A stretch of 64,000 nucleotides of DNA from an uncultured Candidatus Saccharibacteria bacterium (GCA_964519145.1 CAZFHL010000001.1:682-64681); one strand, 5' to 3'; numbered from the stretch's first letter, positions 30,601-39,882 are shown. The notes: generated by a model not told the origin, from the letters alone. A program made the numbers and translations.

Positions 30601-31255
30601 AGAAAATAGAGAAAAAATAATTGTTATTTTGCCAGATGAAGGAAGTAAATCTAAATCTACAACCAATACAGAATATCCAGTAAATTATCACCGTATTGTC
30701 TTGGTTAAGATAGGAGATAAAGTCAAAAAAGGAGATTTTTTGACAGATGGCTCCGCAGATCTTGATGAGTTATTTAAATATGGAGGTAAAGAAAAAACAC
30801 AAAATTATATTATTCAAGAAATTACAAAAATTTATGAGTTGCAAGGAGAGCCTGTATCTAGAAAACATATTGAAGTGATTATTAGACAAATGTTTTCTAG
30901 AATTAAAGTCAAAGAACCGGGAGAAACTAGATTTTCACAAGGTGATGTTGTATCTAAATCTGAATTCTTGATTGAAAATACAGAATCAAAAATCACAAAT
31001 AAAGAAGAGGCAAAATCAGAATCATTGCTTCTTGGTGTTACAGAAGTTTCTCTTTCAAGACAGAGCTTTTTGTCATCAGCTTCTTTCCAACATACAACTA
31101 GGATGCTTATACAAAATGCTCTAAAAGGCACAGAAGATGAACTTAAGGGGTTAAAAGAAAATGTAATTATTGGAAGACTTATACCTGCTGGTTCAGGATT
31201 TAAAGGTAGTGAAAAATATAAAATCATAGAAGACTTAAAACAAAAAGAGATCTAA
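27608..31255 (+). CDS. rpoC: DNA-directed RNA polymerase subunit beta'
   Basis: Zn finger CYCGKYKG...CEKCGVE. NADFDGD catalytic motif. Full length. Confidence 0.97.
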   Translation: MNNRNQSLTPDFDMMKLSLASPERIKEWSYGEITKPETINYRTQRSERHGLFDEKIFGPDKDYECYCGKYKGIRYKGIICEKCGVEITRSIVRRERMGHIELAAPVSNIWFLKSMPSRISLILGLQSIDVEKVIYFAGYIITKVSNESKLEILRDLDAEFKAKIKQLTEEKHKDELKEKLLSTKKEIEDIVEGKVIDEVAYHNYSVKYGSFFEAEIGAEAIFNIFRRTDLKKLETAILEELKNAKSVDSTKLSKRLSIIQSMIRSNTRPEWMFLTSVPVIPPAMRPMVPLDGGRYATSDVNDLYRRVINRNNRLKKLKEIGAPDVILRNEKRILQEAVDALIDNSIRHNNQQANAQVNKSRELKSLADNLKGKRGLFRQNLLGKRVDYSGRSVIVVGPDLKLHQCGLPKHMALELFKPFVVAQLLKKELAFNVRGASRLIDDQIPEVWAILEDVIKNKYVLLNRAPTLHRLGIQAFQPILIEGNAIQVHPLVCNAFNADFDGDQMAVHVPLSEEAQIEAKMIMASDKNILKPGSGEPTISNKPLDIILGCYWMTKDVVGEKGEGLVFPSPNNAITAYDFDLVSFRAKIKVLPTDSLKYKKFNGELFETTIGRLLFNAVLPNDYPYINNEIDTKKMKAIIDDLIQQYGTDAIPAIMDKIKSFGFKYATVSGVTWSISDVIVPTKKDEIISNSKEKIQVIEDQYNDGLISESEKKIKNIEIWSSTKEQVEKAMQEVMDKTGSVYDMVKSGARGSMGQLVQMAGMKGLIVNNAGETIDFPVISSNKEGLTPIEYFITTHGARKGLTDTALNTAKAGYLTRRLFDVGQDVLITEEDCGTKNNILLQRRTPSGMEVSLAKVSKGRFIAEDLKDQDGNLIFEKGHFVTRDDANKIEASSVQNLLVRSPLTCETLDGICVKCYGSDLGRNKIIGVGEAVGTIAAQAIGEPGTQLTMRTFHQGGTASAGGDITQGLPRVEEVFENRTPKNPAVIAKVDGIVSEIKTENREKIIVILPDEGSKSKSTTNTEYPVNYHRIVLVKIGDKVKKGDFLTDGSADLDELFKYGGKEKTQNYIIQEITKIYELQGEPVSRKHIEVIIRQMFSRIKVKEPGETRFSQGDVVSKSEFLIENTESKITNKEEAKSESLLLGVTEVSLSRQSFLSSASFQHTTRMLIQNALKGTEDELKGLKENVIIGRLIPAGSGFKGSEKYKIIEDLKQKEI

Positions 31256-31266
31256 TAGATCTAAAT

Positions 31267-32955
31267 ATGCATTCAGATGTTTCAATTATAAAAGACAGAT
31301 TAGATGTAGCTGATGTTATTTCTGCTTATATAAAAATTGAAAAATCTGGTATAAATTGGAAAGCTAAATGTCCATTTCATAACGAGAAGACACCATCCTT
31401 CTTTATATCTACAGCAAGGCAAACATTTTATTGTTTTGGTTGCGGAGAGAAAGGTGATATATTTACATTCGTAGAAAAATTTGAAGGAGTTGATTTTAGA
31501 GGAGCACTTAAAATATTGGCAGATAAAGCAGGTGTGGAATTGAGTAAAAATTTAGTTTCTACAAAGGATGATTCTTTAGATAAAATGCTTGATTTAATGG
31601 AAGAATCTACATTATTTTATCAAAATAATTTGTCTAAAAATTTAGAAGCGCAGGAATATTTAAAAAAAAGAGGTATTTCTTTTGATTCAGTAAAAAAATG
31701 GAGGATAGGTTTTGCTATTGATGAATGGAGGAATTTGCATGACTATATTTTATCTAAAAATTTTAGTGTAAATGATTTGCTTGAAACCGGTATGGTAAAA
31801 AAGGCGCTTGATCAAAACGAAAAAACACAAAAAGTGTACGATACTTTTAGAGGGAGAATAATGTTTCCAATAATGGATACCGCTAATAGGACAATTGCAT
31901 TTTCTGGAAGAGCACTGAAAAAAGATGACAAGGTACCTAAATATTTAAATTCTCCTGAAACCAAATTGTTTTTTAAATCAGAAGTTTTGTATGGCTTTAA
32001 TATTGCAAAAGAACACATTAGAAAATTAGGTTATACAGTCTTGGTTGAAGGACAGATGGATTTAATAATGTCTCATCAGGCAGGGATTTTGAATACAGTG
32101 GCGTCTTCTGGCACCGCTCTTACCGAATTGCATTTAAAAAGAATATTAAAGTTATCAAATAAAATGATTATTGGTTATGATGGTGATCAAGCTGGAGTAA
32201 AAGCTTGTTTTAGAGCTTCTATTATGGCGCTTTCTCTTGGTATGGAAGTAAAAATTGTTGAAATAGATGAAAATGAAGACCCAGCTTTAATTGTTTTTAA
32301 GGATCCTAATATATGGAGAGATGCTGTAAAAAATGCAAAACATATAATTGATGCTTATATAGAGAAAGCATTTCTCGATAGAGATGATAGAAAGATAAAT
32401 TTAAGTGTATCAAACAATGTTTTGCCATTACTTTCTGTACTCAAAAGTGATATAGAAAAAGCTAGATTTGTAAAAAAAATTGCTTCTAAGATGAGTATAT
32501 CTGAAGAATTTATTTGGTCTGATTTGAAAAAAATAAAAATTGATGAAAATGGTGGAGATAGTTTTGTTATAGAAAATATTAAAACTGATAAAAATATATT
32601 TGATTTAGATAAATTACTTGTTTCCTTTATCTTTTTAAAAGAATCTCATAAGGTTTCTGATCATAATGTAAAAGATATGTGGCAAAAGATAGTTGGAAAA
32701 GAATATGTTGCAAAAAAGATAGAAGAATATTGTCAATATAAAGAAGCTTTAATTTTTGAAGCCGAATCTTATATAGGCGAAAGTACTTTTGATAACATTT
32801 TATTAGATGTTTTATGTAGGGTGGAATCAAATCATTTGAAAAATCGTTTAAAAATTATAGTAAAAAATATGGATATTTTAAAAGATAAAATAGAAATAGA
32901 AAAAAATAATGAAGAATTATTAAATATACAAAAAAGATTACGAGAGCTTGGTTGA
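31267..32955 (+). CDS. dnaG: DNA primase
   Basis: Zinc-binding CPFHNEKTPSF...CFGCG motif. RNA polymerase core. TOPRIM (EGQMD, GYDGDQAG). Confidence 0.9.
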   Translation: MHSDVSIIKDRLDVADVISAYIKIEKSGINWKAKCPFHNEKTPSFFISTARQTFYCFGCGEKGDIFTFVEKFEGVDFRGALKILADKAGVELSKNLVSTKDDSLDKMLDLMEESTLFYQNNLSKNLEAQEYLKKRGISFDSVKKWRIGFAIDEWRNLHDYILSKNFSVNDLLETGMVKKALDQNEKTQKVYDTFRGRIMFPIMDTANRTIAFSGRALKKDDKVPKYLNSPETKLFFKSEVLYGFNIAKEHIRKLGYTVLVEGQMDLIMSHQAGILNTVASSGTALTELHLKRILKLSNKMIIGYDGDQAGVKACFRASIMALSLGMEVKIVEIDENEDPALIVFKDPNIWRDAVKNAKHIIDAYIEKAFLDRDDRKINLSVSNNVLPLLSVLKSDIEKARFVKKIASKMSISEEFIWSDLKKIKIDENGGDSFVIENIKTDKNIFDLDKLLVSFIFLKESHKVSDHNVKDMWQKIVGKEYVAKKIEEYCQYKEALIFEAESYIGESTFDNILLDVLCRVESNHLKNRLKIIVKNMDILKDKIEIEKNNEELLNIQKRLRELG

Positions 32956-32991
32956 TGCTCAAAAATAAATTATGAGTTAATATATAAAAGT

Positions 32992-34197
32992 ATGTCAAAA
33001 AAGAAAAATATAAATAAATATAAAAAAATCAAGAAAGATAGATTAAAAAAAGTTATTAAAAAGACTGTCATTAAAAAAGTAAAACCAAAAAAAGTTTTAT
33101 CTAAAAATATTTCCAACAAAAAGATTTCTGAGGTAGATATTGTAAAGCAGAAAAAATTAAATTTAATCACAAAAGGTAAGGAAAGAGGATTTATTACTTA
33201 TGATGAAATTTTGAAAGAATTCCCTACTGTGGAAGAAGATGTCTTGATGCTTGAAGAAATATATGAAGAATGTGAAACGGCAGGCATAGATATTTTAGAA
33301 GGAGGAAGACTTCTTGAAGATGATGCAATATTGGGTAAAAATAAAAATCTTTTAAAAGATGACTCAAATTACGATTCCATTCAGATGTATTTAAAAGAGA
33401 TTGGTCAGCATTCTCTTATTTCTGGCTCTCAAGAAAAAGATTTGGCTAAAAGGATAATGCAGGGGGATAATGAGGCAAAAAATATATTAGCAAGGGCAAA
33501 CTTGCGTTTAGTTGTTTCTATTGCTAAAAAATATGTTGGCAGAAGTTCAGATCTGACTTTACTTGATTTGATTCAAGAGGGGAATCTCGGTTTATTTAAA
33601 GCTGTGGATAAATTTGATTATACTAAGGGTTATAAATTTTCTACATATGCCACCTGGTGGATTAGGCAAGCTATAACTAGGGCATTAGCAGATCAGAGTA
33701 GGACTATTCGTGTACCTGTTCATATGGTTGAAACAATTGCAAAATATAAACAAGTTGTAAGGAGATTGTCTCAAGATTTAGGCAGAGATCCACTACCAGA
33801 AGAAATAGCTGTTGAAATGGGTCTTGATGCTGATAAGGTTTATATGATTGAAAAAATTGATCAAGGGACTGTATCTTTAGAGAGTCCAGTGGGGGATGAT
33901 GAAGACAAATCAACTTTGGAAGATTTTTTGGCTGATGATAAAATATTATCTCCAGAACAAGAGTCAAATAGGAGAATTATAAGAGATCAATTGATGGAAA
34001 TTTTAAATGATTTACCTCCGAAAGAAAAGAAAATAATAGAAATGCGAAATGGTTTGATAGATGGGGTTTATCATACATTAGAAGATGTGGGCAAAGAATT
34101 TGGTGTTACAAGAGAAAGGATAAGACAAATAGAAGCTAAAGCTATTGAAAAAATGAGAGGACACGAAAAGACCAAAAGATTGCAACATTTTCTATAA
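32992..34197 (+). CDS. rpoD: RNA polymerase sigma factor RpoD/SigA with Lys-rich N-terminus
   Basis: Region 2 [13 protein letters not shown]. Region 4 [22 protein letters not shown]. dnaG-rpoD pair. Confidence 0.9.
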   Translation: MSKKKNINKYKKIKKDRLKKVIKKTVIKKVKPKKVLSKNISNKKISEVDIVKQKKLNLITKGKERGFITYDEILKEFPTVEEDVLMLEEIYEECETAGIDILEGGRLLEDDAILGKNKNLLKDDSNYDSIQMYLKEIGQHSLISGSQEKDLAKRIMQGDNEAKNILARANLRLVVSIAKKYVGRSSDLTLLDLIQEGNLGLFKAVDKFDYTKGYKFSTYATWWIRQAITRALADQSRTIRVPVHMVETIAKYKQVVRRLSQDLGRDPLPEEIAVEMGLDADKVYMIEKIDQGTVSLESPVGDDEDKSTLEDFLADDKILSPEQESNRRIIRDQLMEILNDLPPKEKKIIEMRNGLIDGVYHTLEDVGKEFGVTRERIRQIEAKAIEKMRGHEKTKRLQHFL

Positions 34198-34248
34198 AAC
34201 TTTATAAATTAGTTTTGCTATTTTATTTAAAACTGTTAAAATATAAAT

Positions 34249-34476
34249 ATGTTAAAAAATAAAGATACTCACATGACTATATCTTACTTTGTACGAAATA
34301 TATCAATTGTTCTCGGTTTAGTCTTAATCTGGAGAGGTATATGGTATGTACTTGATGAATTTGATATATTGTTTCTAAATGGAAGTCATTTTTGGACAGC
34401 AATAGGCGGTATTGTATTAGGACTTATAATACTTTATATTCCAGATCATGACTTAAAAGAGATAGGAAAATTATAA
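34249..34476 (+). CDS. hypothetical small membrane protein
   Basis: Two predicted transmembrane helices. No domain recognised. Confidence 0.3.
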   Translation: MLKNKDTHMTISYFVRNISIVLGLVLIWRGIWYVLDEFDILFLNGSHFWTAIGGIVLGLIILYIPDHDLKEIGKL

Positions 34477-34508
34477 TATATAATTAAAATCTGTAAGTCT
34501 TAATTGAA

Positions 34509-34862
34509 TTAAGCGACTATATTTGGTGTGTTATCTGAAAGTTTTGGCTGTTTTGCTCCTTTAAATTTTCTATGTGTACTTATATCGACTACACTATTTG
34601 TTTTTGAATTTAATTCATCTATTCTTTTTTGTAGAGATTTTATTTGAATCAATAGTTCATCTGCTTTTTGCTTTGTTTCTTCAAGCGTTTCATTTTGGAC
34701 TCTGCTATTTGTAGATATTGCGCATACAGTATGTCCATATTCTATACACAACATACCTAATTTGTTATAAAGTATATCTAATTCGTTTAGATTTCCTTCC
34801 GAATGTATACCACTGTCCAAGACATCATCAACATCATTTAGATCCACTTTGTTATTTTCCAT
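34509..34862 (-). CDS. hypothetical coiled-coil protein
   Basis: 117-aa ORF convergent with its neighbours. No domain recognised. Confidence 0.35.
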   Translation of the reverse strand: MENNKVDLNDVDDVLDSGIHSEGNLNELDILYNKLGMLCIEYGHTVCAISTNSRVQNETLEETKQKADELLIQIKSLQKRIDELNSKTNSVVDISTHRKFKGAKQPKLSDNTPNIVA

Positions 34863-34945
34863 ATTTTATAGATAAATTAATAATTGAAATAATAAAAAAA
34901 TCTGTTAGAATTTTGATATTAAAAGCTAATTTAATTATAAGCCTT

Positions 34946-35347
34946 ATGTTTAAAGAATTCAAACAATTTTTATTGAGAGGTAATGTTGTAGATTTAGCGG
35001 TCGGTGTAGTGGTTGGAGCTTCTTTTGGTTCTGTGGTCTCTGCCTTAGTTTCAGATTTATTAACTCCTCTTATTGGAGCTGTAGCAAGAGTGCCAGACTT
35101 TAGTAATCTTTTGTTTACAATAAATGGAAGTCAGTTTATGTATGGGCATTTTATAAATGCAATAATCGCTTTTCTGTTGGTTTCTTTTTCTATATTTTTC
35201 TTTGTTGTAAAACCGATGAATATTTTGATTGCTAGAGCAAGAAAAGAGCCACCTTCAGATCCTACAACTAAAAAATGTGAAGAATGTTTGAGTGAAATAC
35301 CTATAAATGCTAAAAGATGTTCATATTGTACCCAATCTGTTAATTAA
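34946..35347 (+). CDS. mscL: large-conductance mechanosensitive channel with C-terminal Cys4 zinc-ribbon tail
   Basis: MFKEFKQFLLRGNVVDLAVGVVVGASFGSVVSALVSDLL matches the MscL N-terminus and TM1. The internal ATG at 34946 is preferred over the track start at 34718. Ends with CEECLSEIPINAKRCSYC. Confidence 0.85.
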   Translation: MFKEFKQFLLRGNVVDLAVGVVVGASFGSVVSALVSDLLTPLIGAVARVPDFSNLLFTINGSQFMYGHFINAIIAFLLVSFSIFFFVVKPMNILIARARKEPPSDPTTKKCEECLSEIPINAKRCSYCTQSVN

Positions 35348-35371
35348 TTTATAAATTAAACTTAGTTTTAA

Positions 35372-36028
35372 ATGAAAATTTCTATATTAGCCGTAATTTT
35401 TGCTGTAGCTTGTTCTTTTGTTATATTTTGGGTTTATTATAACAGGAATCAAAATGTTGTTCTAGAAGATAAGGTTAAAGATAATTTTGTTTATTTAAAC
35501 AAAGATGATGGTTTAATGAAAGACAATATTAAAAAAACAAATAAAAATAATATGAAAGCAACAATAAGTACAAATAAAGGAGATATCATTATTGATTTAT
35601 TTTCCAATATAACACCAGAAACTGTCGCAAATTTTTTCAAATTAAGCCAATCTGGTTTTTATGATGGTGTAAAATTTCATAGAGTAATAAAAGATTTTAT
35701 GATTCAATCAGGAGATCCTTATACTAAAGATGATAGTAAAAAAAATGTTTGGGGAACAGGTGGTCCCGGGTATACTTTTAAAGATGAAATTACAGAACAA
35801 AATAAAAATTTTAAAGGTACAATTTCTATGGCAAATGCTGGGCCAGATACAAATGGTAGTCAGTTTTTTATAAATACAAAAGACAATAATTTTCTTGATA
35901 CAAAACATACTGTTTTTGGAAAGGTTGTTTTTGGTATGGAGGTTGTAGAATATATAGAAAATAGTAAGACAGATAGTTTTGATAGACCTTTTGATCCTAT
36001 TATTATAAATACAATTTCTTTTGAATAA
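35372..36028 (+). CDS. cyclophilin-type peptidyl-prolyl cis-trans isomerase, membrane-anchored
   Basis: N-terminal transmembrane helix. [15 protein letters not shown] and [15 protein letters not shown] cyclophilin motifs. Confidence 0.9.
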   Translation: MKISILAVIFAVACSFVIFWVYYNRNQNVVLEDKVKDNFVYLNKDDGLMKDNIKKTNKNNMKATISTNKGDIIIDLFSNITPETVANFFKLSQSGFYDGVKFHRVIKDFMIQSGDPYTKDDSKKNVWGTGGPGYTFKDEITEQNKNFKGTISMANAGPDTNGSQFFINTKDNNFLDTKHTVFGKVVFGMEVVEYIENSKTDSFDRPFDPIIINTISFE

Positions 36029-36065
36029 TAAATCTCTTTCAAAAGTTTTTATTATTTTGAATTAA

Positions 36066-36183
36066 AAAACTCTTTCTCATCACACCTTTTTGAACCACGG
36101 ATATTTTTTTGCTAAAAAATTCCTCGAGCTCGCTTCAGTCAAGCTCGCTAGGCTTCAAAAAGGTATGATTTCGATGAGTTTTG
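36066..36183 (+). repeat. interspersed structured repeat, copy B
   Basis: aactctttctcatcacacctttttgaa-CCACGGATATTTTTTTGCTAAAAAATTCCTCGAGCTCGcttcagtcaaGCTCGCTAGGC-ttcaaaaaggtatgatttcgatgagtt. Confidence 0.7.
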
Positions 36184-36197
36184 TAATTTAAAATAAT

Positions 36198-36228
36198 AAA
36201 TCCCCGGTTATAAAAACCGGGGATTTTA
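36198..36228. terminator. bidirectional Rho-independent terminator between convergent genes
   Basis: aaatccccggtt-ataaaa-accggggatttt with A and T tracts on both sides. Confidence 0.75.
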
Positions 36229-36231
36229 AAT

Positions 36232-37794
36232 TTACATTCTATATCGGACAAGTCCTCTGGCGACTCGCTCTCTAATTGTTTCAAAATTTTCCACAATCAA
36301 AGATTCGCCATTTCTAAATACAACTTCGAGCAAATTTTCAACTCTCTCTTCATATTCGGTCAATCTGTCTCGAGTGACATATTCACCATTCTCGTCTAGG
36401 AATAATCCAACCAAACCCTTGTGGCTCTTCTTCTTAGAATCAGTCACAGGATCTTTTTCAATTTCAACAGGGTGTCCGTCAATCTCTACATAGATAGCTT
36501 TGAGTGCAAATCCTAGCGTATCACGACTGTGATTTCGCAAGATTCCACCAACGCCAATTACTAGATTTGATGCGGCATAACCCATTTCCATAAGTCTCTT
36601 CAAGGTTCTTCCGTATCTGGCAAGATACATACCATCTCCATAAATCAAACCAACCTTTGGATTTAGCACCCTAAAACCTTTAGAGTTTATTGTAGAGCCG
36701 AACGTCTCATCAAGAAGCCTTATGGCCCCTTTCCATTCATTACTACCTTCTTCTGCGGTAGGATCTCCGCAAATAATATATTCTGGATTTCCAGAATCAG
36801 GACGAAAAACTACTTTTCCGTCTCGACTGAGTATCTCAGATTTCAAAGTATTCGCAAAGTCTGTGAGTACTATATAGACATTGTAAGTGTCGGAAACAAT
36901 ACTAACTATACCCTCTGGATACAATCTCAGCATATTGCGAAATCCTAAAAGTTCGTCTTCTCGTCCAAATGAACACATAACAGAGTGTTCAGAAGCTGGC
37001 ACAGAAGACATAATTTCTTTGGTCGGATCAGCGCCATACATCCTGATAGCATATTCTCTTGCTGGCACAGTATCACTTCCTTTGAAAGAAAGGAGGTGAG
37101 CTGTACCTGTTATGACAGCTTGCTCTTCGGTAGAACAACCACGATAACCAAAGTCATGAACCATATAGTCTTTGAGAAAGTACATATCTTCGTCAACTGT
37201 ATTTTCAAAATATTTGTCAACAAGACGACGATATTCAAAAGAACAGCTAGCTGTAGTGATGGCATCCCAAATCTTCAGGATAAGACTCTCAAAGAAACCA
37301 ACACACCAGTAAAATTCTGGTAGGGTATTTGTGATAGTCATTATCGCATTTTTGACTGGGACAATCTGGCCTTCTCTAACAGCTTTGATTTCAATTGGTA
37401 TCTTGCCTAATCGGCAAAGACGCATAATCTTTTCTTCAGATTCTTTTGCTGTGCCACCTGTTGCTTTAGCAAGACCAAGTATCGCTTTTTTATTTTTGAT
37501 AAATTCGCGACCCATTTCTTCTGTGAGTGTCCTGCCAAGATAGGTAGACAAGTAATGCTGTAGACCAAACCAAACAGTATATCCATAATTTTTGTCTGAA
37601 CGAGCCATGAGATACGAGACAACCTTTGTAACTCCAGGAGCATATTGTTCCATATGTCCCATTTTGTAGACATCTGTCGCTAACAATGGATTTGCAAATG
37701 TCGGGTAAGATCTCTTGATGGCTTCAATTAATTCGGCTTCACTTGTAAATCCAAGTTCCAATAAGGAACTGCTGATAGTGTTGTTGTTTGTCAT
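36232..37794 (-). CDS. nadV: nicotinamide phosphoribosyltransferase family protein (NAMPT/NadV-like; possibly a Namat-type enzyme)
   Basis: Colinear similarity to NAMPT. NPLLATDVYKMGHMEQYAPGVTKVVSY matches [27 protein letters not shown]. Other shared blocks: IPIEIKAVREGQIVP, HDFGYRG, FKGSDTV, SVPASEHS, RPDSGNP, YGDG. Confidence 0.85.
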   Translation of the reverse strand: MTNNNTISSSLLELGFTSEAELIEAIKRSYPTFANPLLATDVYKMGHMEQYAPGVTKVVSYLMARSDKNYGYTVWFGLQHYLSTYLGRTLTEEMGREFIKNKKAILGLAKATGGTAKESEEKIMRLCRLGKIPIEIKAVREGQIVPVKNAIMTITNTLPEFYWCVGFFESLILKIWDAITTASCSFEYRRLVDKYFENTVDEDMYFLKDYMVHDFGYRGCSTEEQAVITGTAHLLSFKGSDTVPAREYAIRMYGADPTKEIMSSVPASEHSVMCSFGREDELLGFRNMLRLYPEGIVSIVSDTYNVYIVLTDFANTLKSEILSRDGKVVFRPDSGNPEYIICGDPTAEEGSNEWKGAIRLLDETFGSTINSKGFRVLNPKVGLIYGDGMYLARYGRTLKRLMEMGYAASNLVIGVGGILRNHSRDTLGFALKAIYVEIDGHPVEIEKDPVTDSKKKSHKGLVGLFLDENGEYVTRDRLTEYEERVENLLEVVFRNGESLIVENFETIRERVARGLVRYRM

Positions 37795-37808
37795 TTGTTT
37801 CCTCTTTT

Positions 37809-38240
37809 CTACTCTGCGTCTTTCTCTATATGCAGAGATTTGGTTTCTGTGTGGTTTAGAGTTTCTTCCAATTGTTCATAAGAAGCAGATAATCCAGCTC
37901 TGTCATCTAAAAAGATGTTCGCATAGATTTTTCTAGTGCCTCTCTTTTTCCAAAATGGTGGATCTTCGTTTATTGCATCAAACGGTATCCCGTTTTCTAA
38001 AAGATAATTTTTTACAAAATCCAAATCTTCATTTGCAGTCCAGCAAATAAGGTAGCAACCATGGGTTTTTGCTTTTCTCAATAACTCGATGACTTTTTGA
38101 TAACTTCTTCCTTTTTTGTGAAAATCAAAGACGGTATCATCAAAGTCATAAGCTACTACTATTGATCCGTATGCTTCAAATTCGGCAACGAGCCTTTTTG
38201 TTGCATATGTGTTGTCTAAATATGGATCTTGTAAATTCAT
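37809..38240 (-). CDS. HAD-superfamily phosphatase (possible nucleotidase)
   Basis: Motif I VAYDFDDTVFDF (DxDxT). Small cap-less HAD. Sits between the NAMPT-like and Prs-like genes. Confidence 0.5.
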   Translation of the reverse strand: MNLQDPYLDNTYATKRLVAEFEAYGSIVVAYDFDDTVFDFHKKGRSYQKVIELLRKAKTHGCYLICWTANEDLDFVKNYLLENGIPFDAINEDPPFWKKRGTRKIYANIFLDDRAGLSASYEQLEETLNHTETKSLHIEKDAE

Positions 38241-39100
38241 ACAACCTCCGACATTTTTACTACAGATAGAAAATCATTTTCTTCGTGTGCCTTGAAACTA
38301 TCTGTTGTATAAACATGATCAATTCCATTTTCTCTCAAGACATTAAGGCCTCTAGAAAAAATTCCGTGTGATACTACTAGGATTATTTTCCCGCAATTCA
38401 TTGCTTTTAAAGCTTTAGCTAAATGAATAAATGTTGCTCCACCATCACAAATATCATCAATTATGTAGAGATCTTGACCTTCAAAATCGGTTTCAAGAAT
38501 CTTTATTTCATCTACCAATCCACCGATATCTCTATGTTTTAGACACTGCACAACCTTCCTAACTTTTTTATTACCCAATTGGTTTGATACTGTATAAACT
38601 CTCTTTGCTGCACCAGCATCTGGCGAAACTAAATTAGCTTCATTTTTATTTTCCAGAACCTTTTCAATAAATTTGGTGCTAGATACATTCTCTGATCTAT
38701 CAATAAGAGCAGAAGCTACAATCGAATGAATATCGAAGAATACGACTCTCAGATAATTTTGAGAATTTAGAATTCCAGCAAAGATCTTTAGTGAAAATCC
38801 TTCACCAATCCTGCATACTCTGTCTTGACGACCGTATGGTAGGAAGGGAATGAACAAGGAAATATTTTTGACCTTGAGGTTTCTTAGTGCATTTGTTGCA
38901 ATAAGGATTCTCATCAAATCATTTCCATTTTCAAACCGACAAGTTATCATCACTTCTTCTTCATCAATGGTTTGAAGCCTCTTGCAATCATCTTCATTGA
39001 GTCTGAAATTTGCCTCTATTCCGCTAGGGAAGGGAGTAGAAGCGTCAGTCATGCCTTCTCCAAATGGTAAGAAGTTTGGTGTCAGATTTAGGGTCAGCAT
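38237..39100 (-). CDS. prs: ribose-phosphate pyrophosphokinase (PRPP synthetase) homolog, divergent N-terminus; possibly Adps-like
   Basis: PYGRQDR, FFDIHS and DDICDGGAT PRPP/ribose-phosphate binding loops. The N-terminal 40 aa are atypical. Confidence 0.75.
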   Translation of the reverse strand: MLTLNLTPNFLPFGEGMTDASTPFPSGIEANFRLNEDDCKRLQTIDEEEVMITCRFENGNDLMRILIATNALRNLKVKNISLFIPFLPYGRQDRVCRIGEGFSLKIFAGILNSQNYLRVVFFDIHSIVASALIDRSENVSSTKFIEKVLENKNEANLVSPDAGAAKRVYTVSNQLGNKKVRKVVQCLKHRDIGGLVDEIKILETDFEGQDLYIIDDICDGGATFIHLAKALKAMNCGKIILVVSHGIFSRGLNVLRENGIDHVYTTDSFKAHEENDFLSVVKMSEVV

Positions 39101-39261
39101 TTTTCGGTCCTTTCAAAGAACTATATATTGTATTTAATACACTATATCTACAAATAGTGTATACTATACACAAAATAAGTCAAGTAAAAAATATTTTATT
39201 CAACACTAATGATAGTTTGTCAAGTTTATCAAAATAATAAATATAGTGATATAATCAAAAT

Positions 39262-39882
39262 ATGGATAAATTAAAATTTGCGATTATAGCCACAGATATT
39301 GTGTGTTTTAAAATAGATGACAAGAAACTTAAAATATTAGTAGGCGAGGTTTTAAATCCTCTTTATAAAGGTAAACTAGCTTTAATTGGAGGACTCATAA
39401 GGCCAGAAGAAACTGCTATAGATTCTATTGATAGAATTTTTAAAGATAAGGCAGGTATGTCAAATATTTATAAGGAACAGTTATATACATTTGACGCTCT
39501 AGACAGAGATCTTCGTGGTAGAGTTCTTTCTGTTGCGTATTTAGCTATTAGCGAGGGTATTAATCAATCAAAAGGTAGTATAAAAACAGAGTGGATAGAT
39601 ATAAAAAAGATACCAAATTTAGCTTATGATCATAATGAAATAATAAAAGTTGCTTTAGAGAGGTTGCAAAATCGTCTTTCTCATACAAATATCGGTAAAT
39701 ATTTTTTGCCAAAAGAGTTCACTTTATCTGATTTGCAAGAAGTTTATGAAATCATTTTTAATAGAGATTTTGATAAAAGAAATTTTAGAAAAAAGATATT
39801 GAATGACGGTTTGTTAAAGAGCACAAATAAATTTAAAAAAAATGGCAAAATGAGACCGGCGCTTATTTATAAATATAAATAA
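39262..39882 (+). CDS. NUDIX hydrolase
   Basis: Nudix box GGLIRPEETAIDSIDRIFKDKAG (GX5EX7REUXEEXGU pattern). 206 aa. Confidence 0.7.
   Translation: MDKLKFAIIATDIVCFKIDDKKLKILVGEVLNPLYKGKLALIGGLIRPEETAIDSIDRIFKDKAGMSNIYKEQLYTFDALDRDLRGRVLSVAYLAISEGINQSKGSIKTEWIDIKKIPNLAYDHNEIIKVALERLQNRLSHTNIGKYFLPKEFTLSDLQEVYEIIFNRDFDKRNFRKKILNDGLLKSTNKFKKNGKMRPALIYKYK

Noticed and set aside
34718-34945. Upstream extension of the mscL ORF (track start at 34718)
   Set aside because: The extension overlaps the convergent gene 34509..34862 and encodes a non-MscL leader. A homology-supported MscL N-terminus begins at ATG 34946.
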